Positions 51,037-64,000 of a stretch of 64,000 nucleotides of DNA are shown here, one piece after another (position 1 is the stretch's first letter; each line of letters begins with the position of its first letter). The position numbers and the translations under genes are program-made. A model generated the notes under the pieces. It worked only from the letters and a program-made list of their open reading frames with translations, made no database searches and was not told where the DNA came from. The DNA is from the human T2T-CHM13v2.0 reference genome, Homo sapiens: assembly GCF_009914755.1 (NCBI RefSeq), contig NC_060935.1; one strand, written 5' to 3'.

Positions 51037-52881
51037 GGTACATTTATTCTGATCTTCAGTTTTAATCTATAGCATTCTTGAGTCATGTGACTTTAGGTGT
51101 CTTTTAAAAACTTTTATGAGATCACGATGAAATAAATACTATTATTTTCCTAGTTTCATAATAAAAATTGAGACTCTGAATGTTAAATAAAGTTGTTCAA
51201 ACTCACAGCAACCTTAGGGGGCTTCTGACTCCAAAGTCCACGATCTTATCAATGAGAGTGTTTATGTGTGTGGTGGGGTGAGGGGCGCTGAGAAGGAAGA
51301 GACAATGACTTGATTCTGTTTATCTAGAAAGAGGTAACAGCAAGTCTTTGGCATTGGAGGCCAAGCTTCAATCTCTAGCATTTACACAGCTGCTTTACCT
51401 CTTAAAAAGAACATTCACTTTCTGTCCCATGAAGGATGAATCTCCTGTCTCTAAGCAACTGAAGAGAGGGCGCCTAGAAGGGCATGATGTGTTTGGGGAA
51501 CTGGATATTGTCAATGAGTCTGAGATGGTATATCCAACACGGAAGGGTCAAGGCTTCCTGTCATCTGCTGTGTTTGCATTTAGCACATAGCAGATACTCA
51601 ATGGACATTAACTAAGTGAAAGGGGCAGATTATAGGAGCTGATACTGGAAAGGCCAGCACATGAATGGCCAGGATTTCAGGCTGCAGACAACATATGGCC
51701 AGTTTCTTACCTATGGTGACTTATGAGTTTACTACTAAACTCTGAATATTTTCTAAGGTCTATTTGGTTGGTAATTTTTAAAAAACAGCTTATGGAACAT
51801 AAGAAATAATATGAAAGTTCTAATTGCTTGAGTGGCTATTGCAAGAAACAGAATAATAGAAGGGACTGACTATGTGGGTGGTGGTAAGTGGCTATATGAA
51901 ATTCTGACTAAATTATACCCTAAGGCAAAGGTGGTATAACTGAGTTTTTGGAAGTATTAAAAAACTAATTAGAAGGATTATATCTTTAATATTCATGTTT
52001 CTGCAACTACAAAAGCATTCTGGGACAATATAAAAGATTAATTTATATATGTTTTTCTTCTTCTCCAACTCCCCACCACCTCTGTCATACATTGGTATTT
52101 TGCTCCTTTGCTCTCCTAAAATCTTGGAAAATATTCTTTCTTCATCATACTTTATTCTAAGCAATTAGCTGTTTCTGAATTTCAGCTAAGAAATAATTAT
52201 CTCCAGAATTCATAGGTATGAATTCCCCAATGTTTCCTTAGCTTTTGGGCCATTTTTGATGCCAAACTGATGTAGAGTCCCTATTACATAAGAATTGGTT
52301 TTACAAATTAATTTAACAAATTTAACAAATCTAGAAAGAACTGGAAAGATACAACAATTTAAAAAGATACTCCCATTGTTTAAGTGAAATTATATTTGCT
52401 GCTAAAATTTCCAAAATTACATTTAAATTGTTTCTCGTAATGCATAAAATAAAGACTACCTTTCATTAAAATTTCATACAGTGATGCAGTGGTATAAAGA
52501 ATATATGAAACACAAGTGTAAAGTTTAATATTTACTTATGAATGAGGGTGAGATGAACTCTTTCATTCATGATTTTAATATGGAATAAAAAGGAAATATT
52601 TGCCTTGCTTTTTAAAAATCATATAAAACTTGGATAATTAGAATTCATGGTAGAGATATTCTTCATGTACACATATGATAATCTGGTGCTAAAAGTAACT
52701 AATAAGGCATTTCTATATACTTTAAAAAAAATATGTTCATTTTATGTAACTTGAGTAGCAATACCGTGACATAGATATTGTTGTGGTCATATATATGAGA
52801 GTATTGGGCCTCGGTAGAAGTTAATAGTCTTCTTCAAGTAGTTATTTATTCCTATTGAAGTTTTTGGTGTGGCAGTCAGTA

Positions 52882-54037
52882 CATGTTGAACATCCTTAAT
52901 ACAAAAACTGGAAATCCAAAATGCTCCAAAATCTGAAACATTTTGAGTGCTGACAATGATTGCCACAAGCGGAAAATTCCACACCCAACATTATGTAATG
53001 GGTTGCAGTCAAAATGCACAGAACACACAGTTTATTCAGTGTCTGCAAGAAAAAATGAGACCCCTTAAACCCGTTTAGCTGCTATATATCTTTAACATGC
53101 ATACTCAGATTCCCCCATTCAAGCAGGCCCACAAAGAGTAATAAAATGGCACATGTAGTGATGATATGCCATTTCTTTATGAATTTCCATTAAAAAGTGC
53201 GGAAATAGCTGTGGAAAAACTGCCTTTAGACAATATGGTGAAAATGTGCGATGGGCTTAATGAAGGACTAGAGCCATGTGCACTTACCACAGAACAATAA
53301 ATTATGTCAGTTAATAGAATCAAAAAGAGACCTCTGAGGCATAAACTGTTGTTACTGAGTTAGATGACTCTGAAGAAGACATTTTAAAAGGCTATCTAAC
53401 AGAATGCCTCCTCATCCCTGCAGGACCCACATTTTGGGGCCCTCAAATGCTTCTGATATTTCTTCTCACTGAAAAAATAAAATACGGTACACACTAACCT
53501 TTTAGCCAAATACAGCATTGTAGGTAGGGACAGACCAAAAGCCTGCAGTTGTTTGTCATTGCTTTTGTTTAACAGCTGACACGGGTGTACTCTGGTGATG
53601 CTACCATGCTGCTTAGTAACCCTGAACACATTGCTTTTTCATTGTATTATTGGTATGTCATACTTTTTACTTTTAAGTGATTATGTGTGAATAAGTGTAA
53701 AAAATGATTGCTTATCAGTGGCATACAAATTTAGAGTCAGGAATGATAGTGACACCAGACAACACAGATTGTCCACATGGGTGGCTGTGATAGTGACACC
53801 TTTGCTTTCTGATGTTTCAGTGTGCACAAACTTTGTTTTATGTACAAAATTATTAAAAATATTTTATAAAACTACCTTCAGACTACGTGCATAAATATAT
53901 ATGAAACATAAATAAATTTCAAGTTTAGATAAGTCTCATTACCAAATATCTCATAATGTACATGCAAATATATTCCAAAATCTGAAATCTCGAACACTTC
54001 TTGTCTGAAGCATTTAGAATAAGGGATGCTTCACCTG
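52882..54037. mobile_element. Tigger4 (Zombi/MER46-related), internally deleted DNA transposon
   Basis: TIRs CATGTTGAACATCCTTAAT and ATAAGGGATGCTTCACCTG, TA on both flanks, and the AAAATGCTCCAAAATCTGAAAC motif. Confidence 0.82.
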
Positions 54038-54540
54038 TAGTGGAAAATATATTTGGGTTTAAAAGACCCTGGAAGTTTCAGTTTTCTCATATAAATGACA
54101 GTCTAGATGGAGGTGGTTGCTGGTATTGCTTAAGAATATCAGGGCTGAGTTATTTGCAGCTCTCTGTTTCTTTCCCTCATGGTAACTAAATGCCAGGGCA
54201 GCCTCAGCCATTATGTTTGTGTTGTTGTCAGCATAAAGAAAAAAAAAAAGAGAAGAAAATGTGGTGCCAGTTTCAGGAGAGCAAAGGTTTTCTCTGAACC
54301 TTCCAGCCGATTTCCACATAGATTTCGTTGGCTATAATTGGACTCCACGGCAATACCAAAGCTCAGATGAGTCTGGAAAGGTTGGGTTTGACTTTTCCAG
54401 TGTCTACAGCTGAGGAAGGCAATGAAAAGGGGGTTGGGAGAGTGGAGAGCCAAACTGTAGTGGCTGCCACAGTGTTTACCACTGTCCTGAATTCTGATAT
54501 AAGAAGTTCGGCTGTCTTTCCTTTAAAACATACTGCCTTC

Positions 54541-55422
54541 TAACTTATACAAGTCAACAAGAAAAAAACAACTCCATTAAAAAGTGGGCAAAGGACAGGA
54601 ACAGACAGTTCTCAAAAGAAAATACACAAGAGGCAAAGAAGCATATGAAAACATGTTCAACATAATTAATCATCAGAAAAATGCAATTTAAAACCACACT
54701 GAGATACCATCTCACACCAGTCAGATTGGCTATTATTAAAAAGTAAAATAAATAACAGATATTGGCAAGCATGAAGTGAAATGGGAACACTTATATACTG
54801 CTGTTGGGATGTAAGTTAGTTCAGACCCTGTGGAAAGCAGTATGGAGATTTCTCAAAGAACCAGAAATAGAACTACCATTCATCCCAGCGATCCCACTAG
54901 TGGGTATCTAACCCAAAGGAAAATAAATGGTTCTGCCAAAAGACACCCACATATATGAGTCAAAAAGACAGAAACATATATGATTATATGTTTATTGTAG
55001 CACTATTCACAGTATCAAAGTCAGGGAACCAACCTAGGTGCCCATCAATGGTAGATGACTAGATAAAGGAAATGTGGTACATATATACCATGGAATATTA
55101 CACAGCCATAGAAAAGAATGAAATCATGTCCTTTGCAGCAACATGGATCCAACTGGAGGCCACTATCCTAAGTGAATTGAGAAACAAATATAGTATGTTG
55201 TCACTTATATCAATGGGTACACGTGGACAGAAAGATAAAAACAATAGACACTGGGGACTCCAAATGGGGGAGAAAAAGAGGGAGACAAGTGTTGGGAGAC
55301 TTATTGGCTTCTATGTTCACTATTTGGGTGACAGGTTCCATAGAAGCCCAAACCATTAAACAATAATATATCCATGTAACAAACCTTCATGTATTCCCAA
55401 TTTAAATTTAAAAATATAAAAT
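54541..55422 (+). mobile_element. L1PB3/4-like 3' end
   Basis: ORF2 C-terminus (MWYIYTMEYYTAI) and 3' UTR TAGAAGCCCAAACC. TSD AAAACATACTGCCTTC / AAAACACTCTGCCTTC. Confidence 0.85.
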
Positions 55423-58048
55423 AAAACACTCTGCCTTCCAAAAGTATACCAATTTTCTTTAAAAGCTATAATAAAAATGATGAAGCAAAATAAAATTGTT
55501 GCTATCCAAAATAATTATTTTTCCCCTTACATAAGTAATTATCTTCTATATTTTGAGTATAAATATGATTTAATGATTACATTTGAATTGGGATAGTGAT
55601 CTACAATACTAGGTGTAAATTATTACTGGAGATTATTCTTAGAGAAAGGTGTGTGGATATTTGGTGTGGCTGAATCTCCTGGTTAGTCACAGTCCTGTTG
55701 TTTTCTCTTACTGAGTTCATAACCAGGTTCCTTTGGTCCATTTTCCTTGCTATTAAGTCTAGCTGTATAAATATGTTCCCGCTGGTGGGAGTTGCCCAGA
55801 AGTGTTGTGTGCTGTTTCTCACATCAACTTTCCAGGCAGATCTATCGTAACTCCACAACTGTTGGAGTAGACTTGATGGTGCTAAGAAACTGAGGGGCCA
55901 CAGGTTTGAAGGAGCTATCTGCAAATAAGAAACACTGACACTGGCCTCCTAGGTGAGCAAGAATAAACATGCATTGTGTGAAGACTGAACTTTGGGGTTT
56001 TCCAGTTAGAGCATTTATAGCATTGCAGAAATGGATACATTTGGATGAGTATAGGAAAATAAGAATAATTCATTTGTAGTCAGATTTGTCCTCTGCCCAA
56101 CTTTCTACAGGGTCATGAGCAGAGAGCAGCCCTCTACCTCAAGACTGGTGGCATCTAGTCAAGTGGGACAGATTTTGAATATTCTTGACCAACTCAGTCC
56201 ATACATAACTCTCAAGTCTGTCCCAGTGAGTTGTTCTTTAACTCGTGTTCACAAGAATTTAAATGTATTAATACATAGGTATACTTCAATTTGATTTTCC
56301 AGGTCAGGAGCCAGACAGTCAAACCATGTGAATAGATAAAAACAAAACACTTTTATCAAACAAATATACACAAGTATCTATTTGAAAAAATACAAGTTTT
56401 GCATTGTATATGTTGCATTTCTTTTGATTTCCCATGTGTTGTGGCTCTGCATTTCCTATAAGAATTGCATAATGTCTAGACATTTATGAGCCACTAGATC
56501 ACAGATTAAATACCATCATGATAAAATGTTCTTGTCAATGTCTTTCTAAATAAGGCTACCTTGGCTCTCTTTAACAGGGTACATTATGCTCAGTTTAATA
56601 TTCTAGTTACCTGCTTTGGGGCTGGTCACTGCTCACCAGACCATTAGTAATTTCAGGACAGAAGTTTTATCTTACTCATTTTTGCATTCTAACAACCTAT
56701 AATAGTGCCAATACCCATAGCAGACATTTAACAAACATGGCTGATTAAATGAATAAATAATTTAGAAATGAGTGCAAACTATTATAGCTCTGTGTGTGAT
56801 TTGAAGTTTTACTAAATAACAAATTGTTTTCCTATACCAGTTGAATTCAGGCTTCAAATACTGATATTCAATAAAGGATTTTTATGACATTGTGCATAAT
56901 ACATAATAGCATTGGTAACTGAATTGATCATAAAGACAATGTGATCTGAAAAGAAAAAGTAAATAGGTGAGCCAGATTAGAATGCTTATGGGGATAAGGA
57001 ATGATGGTAGCAAGAAAATGAGCCTGTCACATGTTACTGCGTGTGGTGATCAGTGCCCTAAACTGCCACATGAGGTTGCTTACTTCCATTTGTTCTGACC
57101 TAGCCTCTTTGATTTTCCCTAGCATGAGGTACATATGAAGATGTAGAAAGAAAAGGGAGATCTAAAAGTTTCAAAAGTCACTTGTCATGGTATTCAATAA
57201 GCCTGCCCATCTGCCACTGCCTAACTTTGCAGCTTCTATCTTCCAAGCTTGTCCAGGACCATCATTGCCCCACTCCCTACCCTTCTGTCTCTTAGAATTG
57301 TGTAAGGTTTCTGATGAGCACGGGTTTGTCCATTCTTCATCATTTGCATAAAATTTCTCTTTCTGGAATGCCCAACACCTGCTTGCTGATCTGATGAACT
57401 CCACCTTATTGTATAGGATGTGGTGCCACCTCTTCTCTGAATCTTTTCCACGCTTGTCTCACTTCCAAAGTACAGTAGGTTGCTGCTTGATGAGCCATGC
57501 TACAGTCTTTTCATACCCTTTATTACGTTTGTCATATTCTATCTATGGGTATGTGTTTGTACATGAGTGTCTTTTACCTGACTATTTGTTCCTTGACTGT
57601 TGAGATTGTTTTGTACTTGGTACATCACATGGTACGTGTACTCTGTATAGAAAGGTAGTTCCACGAATGGTGGGATGGCAGAAGAGTCTATTCAAAAACA
57701 GTCCTTGGGCAAGATGGACTGGAATGTGTCCCTGTGATGGTCACATAAATGTCCTCTAAGTAGAGACAATAATCAGGGATGCATCAAAAAGTATATATTG
57801 TGTCTGGGCAAACTTCAGAAAGAGATTTAATAGTTCACGAAACTTCTCAAATGCTTTTATGTTTTCTAAAAATCCATTGAACAAAACCACTTGGCATCGC
57901 ACCCAGAAGCCTTTGCTCGTCTTTCGAATTAGAGTACTTCAGAAATAATTGCATGTATGATAAGGGCTGCTGTGATGAACTTGATTAATTTTACTCTTTT
58001 AAAAACCTCTCGTGTTTGTTTTCCCTTGGATTTCCTGACAGCATATGC

Positions 58049-58500
58049 TGGGGGGTGGTGGGGAGTGGGGAATGGGGTGTGGACAGCACAGGCCAAGGGG
58101 TTGCTGGCCTTATAAAATATCTGTTCTTATCCTCTGCTTATTTTTCTGCTATTAACCTTTACATCAGCAGGCTGCAATCTTCATTCTCCCCACTTCCCAG
58201 GGAGCTTTAAGAGTGCAGCCTCACATCCCACCTCCGAGGACCCCGAGAGCCTAATCACTTTGATATCAGCTGTTTTTTGAGTAGCATGCACCTTGAAGGC
58301 AGCAGCAATTCCCACATGTCAGAGGGCCATCTCTATCTTCAGAGAAGACACTTTGAAATAAGGCTCTTCTGAAATTTGACATGGAAATGTGATCTATAGA
58401 GCGTTGAGGATTTATGTTTCAGTAAGTTGGGTCTTATGAGCAGGATGAAACTAAAGGAATGAGAGGCTTGTGTGTCAACACACCCTTTGATTTTACACTC
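58049..58500 (+). promoter_or_regulatory. Candidate cis-regulatory element / non-coding first exon
   Basis: G-tracts at 58049-58082, TATAAAA at 58111-58117, CTTTGWW at 58258, 58351 and 58485, and donor A|GTAAGT at 58421/2. No recognisable repeat here. Confidence 0.3.
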
Positions 58501-58923
58501 TTCATAGATGTATTATTTATAATGGGTTTATTACATATGTCTAATATTCTTTGAAGTGTCCACATGCATATACATGCATACACACGCTGTTCTTTGTAAA
58601 AGAAAACAAGACCTAAATCCTAAAGCCAAGGCAAATGGAAAGTTAAAAACAGATTTCTGGGTAAAAGTTAATTTTCCAGTGTTATATTGGGCACTCCTTG
58701 CTTGGCTCTGCTCTTATTTCCCTCCCTTAAGTATGTCCATATCCACGCAAGGGGTTGGGGAGTGGGGAGTAGCTTCTACAGGAGTTGCTGGAGAGGAATC
58801 AGCTGAAGTGGGTGCACTGACTCATCCAGCCCAGCTGTGTTTGGTAATTGAGACCAGAACATTGCGCCAACAGAGAAACAAGAGAAGTTTTTCTACTCAT
58901 TTCATCTTCATTCACCTCTATGC

Positions 58924-58939
58924 TCTATCTATCTATCTG

Positions 58940-58981
<42 letters not shown>

Positions 58982-59010
58982 AATCATCTATCTATCTATT
59001 ATCTATCTGT
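58924..59010. repeat. (TCTA)n tetranucleotide STR
   Basis: About 10 perfect TCTA units with interrupted flanks. Confidence 0.95.
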
Positions 59011-60025
59011 CTTTCTGTGTGTAATCTATCACTCATGGACTGTGTAGTCAGAAGATAGCACATTTTGTTTGGGGCCTGAAAAGTGATTTACCCAGGGTAT
59101 GTGAGAATCTTGGACAACAAAGAAATAAACATACCAATCTCACTCACATTTCCCAGGCTGGATGACAGAAAGAATTTTCTTCTTTTCTCAATTCTCCTTA
59201 GCCTAATGATGAAGCTTATTCATTTTTGTGGCAAATTTATTTTTTAGAATAATATAAATTCTGGGCACTTCATTGATGTACATTTTTTTACTGGTTGGCT
59301 ATACAGAAAACTATAATATCCAGGTTTGCAAGCTAGCTGTCCAATCCCTCCATCTGATTGCTTTATTCTTTGTGTCTGATTTTGTGTTTGAATTCGCATC
59401 ATGCTATAGATTCATTATTTATAAAATATACAGTTGCAAATCATTTCTGATATTAACAGTTATATTTTCAATGTATAGACATATAGTTATGTATGGGTAG
59501 ATGTGTGCATATTTTGTACATGTAGATATCAGTTTCACATTTTTATTTTTGGAACTTTCAAGTAGCTGAGTTTGTTCTGCATTAAAAATACTCTCAGTAA
59601 TACTTTTAGTGAGAAACATTTTTCTTCACAGTAGTAACACTCTCATGATTCCCCGTCACCCACAGAGTATAGAGTAGGTTCTCTAGGACAGCAGAATAAG
59701 CCCCCTCCCACTACTTCCCATTTATGAAATCTGTGGCATACTACATTACTATTTTCTATGAACCTTTCCTGGATCACTTAACATGTTTACTACAATGTAC
59801 TTATTTCTGTAATAGTGTCCTCTCCTAGACTCTGATTTACTAGAGAGGCCCCTGTCCTTGTTTTCATATTCCCACTAGTATGATGGCTGTCATATGGAAA
59901 GCACTCAAATGAGGCTCACAAGCTGAACTAAAACTCTTGTTTGCATTCCCTTTGTTGGTTAAAACACAAATGATAGAAAAGCAACAATGATACAATAATT
60001 TTTCATTTTATCTTAGATGTTAATA

Positions 60026-60376
60026 CAGATACTCCTTGACCTACAAAGAGGTTATATCCTGAAAAGCCCATTGTAAGTTGAAATAGTGTAAGTAGAATAT
60101 GAATTTAATACATCTAACTTACTGAACATCATAGTTTACCCTAGTGCCTACCTTAAATGTGCTCAGAACACATACATTAGCCCACAGTTGGGCAAAATTA
60201 TCAAATAAACACAAAGCCTGTTTTATAATAAAGTGTTGAATATCTCATGTAATTTATTGAATACTGTACTGAAAGTAAAATACAGACTGGTAATATGGGT
60301 ACTGAATGTATATCACTTTCGTACCATTATAAAGTCAACCGTTGTAACTTGAGCCATCTTAAGTTGGTAATGTCTG
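60026..60376 (+). mobile_element. MER47A (TcMar-Tigger MITE)
   Basis: TA|CAGATACTCCTTGAC...CCTTAAATGTGCTCAGAACAC...TATAATAAAGTGTTGAATATCTCATG...TGTCTG. Confidence 0.85.
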
Positions 60377-61169
60377 GCTATGAGAAATTGAGGTAAATGC
60401 TTTATAAGGACTAGCAGACCAGAAGATCACTGTCAAGCATGACATTCAGGATGAATTCCCTGATCACTGTAAGGCCAGGCTAAGGTCAGTTATTGTTCTG
60501 GAGCAAGGGTCTGGCTCTCACCATTTAAAAAGAACATCTAAAGCACCATGAGCAGAAGAACCTACTTCCAGAGCAAAATCAACAAATGTGGGTAGAAGGG
60601 AGGTGAGAGGGAAGGGATGGCGAGAACAAGCAGAGCATTTGAGCAGCCATTATTTGGTGAAATTTGAAGTTGTTTTTATTTTGAATTAAAATGTGGCATG
60701 ATTTTGAACAGCAATAATGCCAAGCAGAACTATCCTGGATACTGGATCTCATTATTTTACCCGCACCTAGGAAATGCCACCGAGTGAGCCTCTTGGGGTT
60801 TTCTTTCTGGAATATGTGCACTGAGGTTCCCCAGCAGGATAGATGCAGTAAGATCTATCTGTGTACTCTGACCTCAACCTGACCGAAAAAGAGGAGTCTT
60901 TTCATAGCTGGTAGGCAAAAGAAAATAGTTTAAAGTAGATTTTTATTTTCCAGTGATGGCTTTTTTATTTCATGTGCTCATTTGATTTTATTATTTTTTC
61001 CATCCAGATGTCTCATTTTTTTGCTGCAACTGCTTCCAGCTGTATCCCTCTGCAAATGGAAACAGAATGCTAGCAATAACCACTACCAAATGTATAAGTT
61101 CTTATGTCCAGGGTCCTAGAGTGCTGCAGAAATGTGTTTGGAAAACAATCCCTTTGAGGAATAATAAAT

Positions 61170-61400
61170 TATAGCTGACAGTCACAGAGCATTTGGTAGC
61201 AGGTGGGCCGGATGCAGTTGTTATGTTACAAATGTTTGGCACATTCACATCTTGTTTAATCCTCACAATACCATGATGAAATCACTATTTTTCCCCATTT
61301 CACAGATGGAGAAGTTGAGTCACAGAGAAGTCAGGTAAATTGTACAAGAGAGAGTTAAGGATAAGGGTTTCAAAACTAGGAAAGTCTAATATCAGAACCT
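61170..61400 (-). mobile_element. MIR
   Basis: TTTAATCCTCACAAT...CCCCATTTCACAGATGGAGAAGTTGAGTCACAGAGAAG. Confidence 0.75.
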
Positions 61401-62581
61401 AAACTTTTACCCTACGTTATGTTGCTCCTGGTAAGAAATGCATAGGATGAAAGGGCAGAACATACAATGTTTCCTTCCTTCTTTCTTTCTCCTTTCTGTC
61501 TCCCTCTCTTTTTCTCTCCCTCCCTCCTCCCTCCTAATTTTCTGTCCTCCTCCTTTCTCTCCCTTCCCAGCTTTCTTTCTTTCATTATCTTTTTTAAAAA
61601 CTCATACATTTTCTTCTTTTAAGGAAGATAATACACTTGGAAAATGTAAAATATGTGAAAAGAAATTAACATTCTTTTTGAGTGAGACAGACACCATGAC
61701 AGACAATATATATGTTTTGTCTTGGATATCCTCCACAACATTTTTAGTAACTGTTCTAAAGCCCAGTTTATAGACAACCTGACACACAAAGGGATTATTT
61801 GCCTGCCTGCTCTATGTTGGGCTGTGGATCTTACAGGTTGTTGTTACACATAATCCTTAGGCAAAGAAGTGTCATCGTGGATAGGCACACTGCAAAAATA
61901 ATTTGAGCTTTAGATTTTATTATTGTAATTAACAGCTGAGGCTGCAACTCCTGAACACTGGAGACAAATTGGCAGGAGAAATAGGCACAGAAAGGAAAGT
62001 GTAAAAACGATGGGAAAAATGATTCACAAAGTTTTCCCCAATTTGAAACATTTTATACACATTGTTTTTAACATTTATCTTGCAGCTCCTAGAAGTCTTT
62101 AGGTACAAACAATGAGCATTTCTTGATCCATTAAAAGAGCTCTGTGATTAGCTCATTATATGCTAGGCAGAAGCACTTTAACTGGATCCATCTCTTTAAT
62201 TTACAACTGATGCAAATTCTAGGCCTCATTCCACTGTTCTCATATGAGAAAATACATTCTAGCCTGTAAGAGAATAATGGATGTTTATCAGTGGGATACA
62301 TGGCCCCAGTCTACAGAAGATGCAGTGAAGTGTGATATAACACAGAAGTGAAGATCAGGAAGGGGTGTAACACTGAAGGTTTTGTTATAAACATATATTG
62401 AGAGCCCAGTTCAGTGCTGCAAACAGATCAATAAAACCATGTTGGATCCAGTCTTAAGATGTATAGTCAAATTTTTTGTTTGTTATAGCTATATAGCTTT
62501 AAATTAATTCAGATATTAATCTAACAAATTCCATTGCACTATGACTCAGTTACAATTATTCTGTTCTATCATTATAAAGCT

Positions 62582-62900
62582 GGACTGTACAATGTGGTAG
62601 TCACTAGTCGCATGCGGCTACTACTGAGCACTTGACAAGTAGCTTTCAGAATCGAGATGTTCTGTGAATGTAAATACATGCTTGATATTGAAGACAGTAT
62701 GAAAATAAAATTATAAGATTTATCATTAATAAGTTTTATGGTAACTACATGTTGAAGCAAATAGTATTTTGAATATATCAGATTAAATCAAATATATTAT
62801 TAAAGTCATTTTTCTTTCTTTTTTTTCCTGTTTGATATGGCTACTAGTTAATTTAAAATTACTTATGTGACTTACATTGTATTTCTGTTGGAAAATACTG
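62582..62900 (-). mobile_element. MER33-like (hAT-Charlie) MITE
   Basis: CTGTACAATGTGGTAGTCACTAGTCGCATG...GGCTACTAG..AATTTAAAATTACTTATGTG..TATTTCTGTTGGA. Confidence 0.8.
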
Positions 62901-63309
62901 TTCTAGATTCCCCTCTTCTCCTTTCCAGCTGTCTTACAGATATTTTGAGTAATAGAATGTTATATGATGATGAGGATCAGTGGGTCCATGCATCTTCATT
63001 TGGCTCATGGAAAATAATAATAAAAAAATTGCCCAATTAGTAGATGAAGTGTTTGCTGTTTGTAGAAAACAGCAGACATTTCAACAAGGGTCTTGAATTT
63101 GACCTTTAATGTGATTGAACGCACATTTAAACAGAAGTTTCAAATGCTGTATTTAAACATATTTCCACGTTTAAATAGGATTTCTCAGAATCATTGTAAG
63201 AAAGTTCTAGAATATAATTTCAGATCAATCATAGATATTGAAATTACAAGCAAAATATTTATAAAAATATATTAGCAAAGAACTTTTTAAGGGAAGCAAG
63301 GTTTTCTAT

Positions 63310-63530
63310 AAGAACACAAAGGCATTAAGAGTGATATAATGGACTCTGAGGACTCTGGGTGGGTTAGGGGGTGGATTGGAGGGATGTGGGGGATAAAAGG
63401 ACTACATATCAGGTACAGTGTACACTGCTTGGGTGATGGGTGAACTAAAATCTCAGAAATCACCACTAAAGAACTTATCCACATAATCAAAAGTCACCCA
63501 AAACCATTGAAATAAATTTTTAAAAAATAA
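63310..63530 (+). mobile_element. L1PB1/2-like 3' UTR fragment
   Basis: GTACAGTGTACACTGCTTGGGTGATGGGTG..AAAATCTCAGAAATCACCACTAAAGAACTTAT. Confidence 0.85.
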
Positions 63531-64000
63531 GCTTTTCGCATTTTGTGCTATGCTGTCTCTGGATTGTCAGCTTTTTCTTTTGGCTAGTTTCTCAGTTACT
63601 CTAGGGTGACAGTTCTAGAAGTCATCTATACATAAGAAACCATTGGAAGAAAGGGAGTCATCTCTTCTATGAATTTCCTTCTAAAAGCAAGAGAAAATTT
63701 GGCAGAATCTAGACAATAGGCTTTTTCTCAGGTTTTATTGGTTGGAATTGTGTCAAATACTCATGATGAAACCAGTCATTGCCAAGGGACAGGAGATAAC
63801 CACAGTCAGCTTAGAAATGTTAGGACACTGTCACAGGATGCAATACGCCTACTCAGAAGCACATAGCCTTATGGAGGAGGGAAGATAACTGAACAAAGCA
63901 TAGATAACAAAGCAAAGATAACTGAACAAAGCAGAGTACTGATTATTAGAAAGAAGGAGGCAGAGGTGGTGAAGTTGGATGTTGGGTAGATAAACCACAA

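Noticed and set aside
57342-57356. OCT4-SOX2 composite motif
   Set aside because: The octamer ATTTGCAT is present but the SOX half is absent; a single 8-mer is expected by chance.
58924-59010. Known forensic STR such as D13S317
   Set aside because: The repeat style is similar, but the flanks do not match what I recall for that locus.
58556-59047. 163-aa ORF
   Set aside because: Non-ATG start, runs through the (TCTA)n repeat, and has no recognisable domain.

Overview
AT-rich, gene-poor hominoid (very probably human) DNA, intergenic or deep-intronic. I find no credible host protein-coding exon: the longer ORFs are decayed transposon ORFs (Tigger1 transposase, L1 ORF2p C-terminus), GC-rich LTR12 sequence or microsatellite artefacts. 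The window is a layered transposon record. It holds ERV1 solo LTRs with intact 4-bp TSDs (MER41B carrying a STAT1/GAS motif, LTR12F, and an LTR12C inserted into an AluJ), plus MER21, MLT1A0, MSTB and LTR16. It also holds a full-length Tigger1 with a nested MER8, Tigger4, MER47A, MER33, several Alus, and old L1M/L2/MIR. Structures not explained by simple insertions: (1) a ~230-260 bp-arm inverted duplication of apparently non-repetitive DNA at 46.9-47.85 kb with template-switch-like signatures, next to a strong splice donor; (2) three independent 5'-inverted (twin-primed) L1 insertions within 11 kb; (3) a candidate promoter/enhancer at ~58.0-58.9 kb; (4) several local tandem duplications and perfect AT palindromes. 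Subfamily names come from recalled consensus sequences and need RepeatMasker/Dfam confirmation.
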